From the NCBI GenBank assembly GCA_949286245.1, contig CASECF010000060.1:1-58851 (forward strand): DNA of 58,851 nt, written 5' to 3'. Positions within the stretch are counted from its first letter, which is position 1; each line of letters opens with the position of its first letter. This stretch comes from an uncultured Alphaproteobacteria bacterium. Its GTDB lineage: Bacteria; Pseudomonadota; Alphaproteobacteria; CAAHEQ01; UBA3637. This document shows, piece by piece, positions 58,604 to 58,851 of this stretch. The translations under genes were made by a program, and so were the position numbers. The notes under the pieces are model-generated. The model did not search any database. It had not been told where the DNA came from and saw only the letters and a list, made by a program, of their open reading frames with translations.

Positions 58604-58618
58604 TTAACAATAAGTTAA
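58604..58618 (-). promoter_or_regulatory. Perfect CtrA box (TTAA-N7-TTAA) 27-41 nt upstream of the ctrA ATG
   Basis: The sequence is ttaa caataag ttaa. ctrA autoregulation through such boxes is established in Caulobacter. Confidence 0.45.
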
Positions 58619-58707
58619 TTTTGAAAAGATTGCAAGGTTTTTTTTAAGAGGTCTCCAATCAACCGCTATTGCAGACGAGTTATCGGGATCAAAAATTCCA
58701 TCCAAAG

Positions 58708-58851
58708 AGAAAAAAAGATACCCCCGCGTAAAACGCGGGGTTCTTCATATGCGGCTATAAGCCTTTACCACTGGCTTCCCCTGAACGGGGTACCCATAAT
58801 TCTGCCAAACGCAATTTGTTACTATCTACCCGTAAACGGGTCATTTAAGTC
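58708..58851 (-). mobile_element. Right-hand part of a second, diverged IS200-like copy, inverted relative to the copy at 1-236
   Basis: The minus-strand reading from 58851 gives DLNDPFTGR, then TAG at 58822-58824 (compare LDLDPFTGSK in copy 1). Three hairpins follow, ending in ccccgcg-taaaa-cgcgggg (58722-58740) plus a T-run (A-run 58710-58716 on the plus strand). Confidence 0.7.
58822..58851 (-). CDS. tnpA: IS200-family tnpA, last 9 codons plus stop (cut by the window edge)
   Basis: ctacccgtaaacgggtc at 58828-58844 is the exact reverse complement of gacccgtttacgggtag at 106-122. Confidence 0.7.
   Translation of the reverse strand, partial: DLNDPFTGR

Overview
This is a 58.9-kb low-GC chromosomal segment. 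It looks like an intracellular alphaproteobacterium of the Rickettsiales/Holosporales type: it carries CtrA and MipZ, the conserved rpmF-plsX-fabH-ihfA-merR block, and a Rickettsiales-style vir gene order. I support about 47 protein genes and see no rRNA, tRNA or CRISPR array. Both window edges cut through diverged, inverted IS200-family tnpA 3' ends. The most unusual content is on the minus strand from 18246 down to 396. It is a P-type (rvh-like) type IV secretion cluster ordered virB8-virB7(unannotated)-virB8-virB9-virB10-virB11. Its VirB10 is 2,202 aa because of roughly 90 tandem 17-residue repeats. Its VirB9 carries a C-terminal SPOR peptidoglycan-binding domain. Immediately upstream are six tightly packed genes for signal-peptide proteins with Ser/Gly/Thr-rich or tandem-repeat cores, possibly VirB5/TrbJ-like paralogues. 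virD4 is missing where it would be expected, and an IS end sits there instead. Other notable items are listed below.
- An in-frame LptG-LptD fusion ORF.
- A 650-aa protein with a type IV prepilin-like N-terminus and eukaryote-like CxxC (furin/VSP-like) repeats.
- Perfect CtrA boxes upstream of ctrA and inside the vir cluster.
- A promoter/SD/terminator-framed 11-codon Cys-Gly micro-ORF.
The remainder is ordinary housekeeping: folD, surA, xerD, aroK, ligA, recN, bamD, pckG, radA, mlaEF, pgm and others. Everything here comes from reading the sequence and the ORF track, and no searches were run. Coordinates of intergenic motifs may be off by 1-2 nt.
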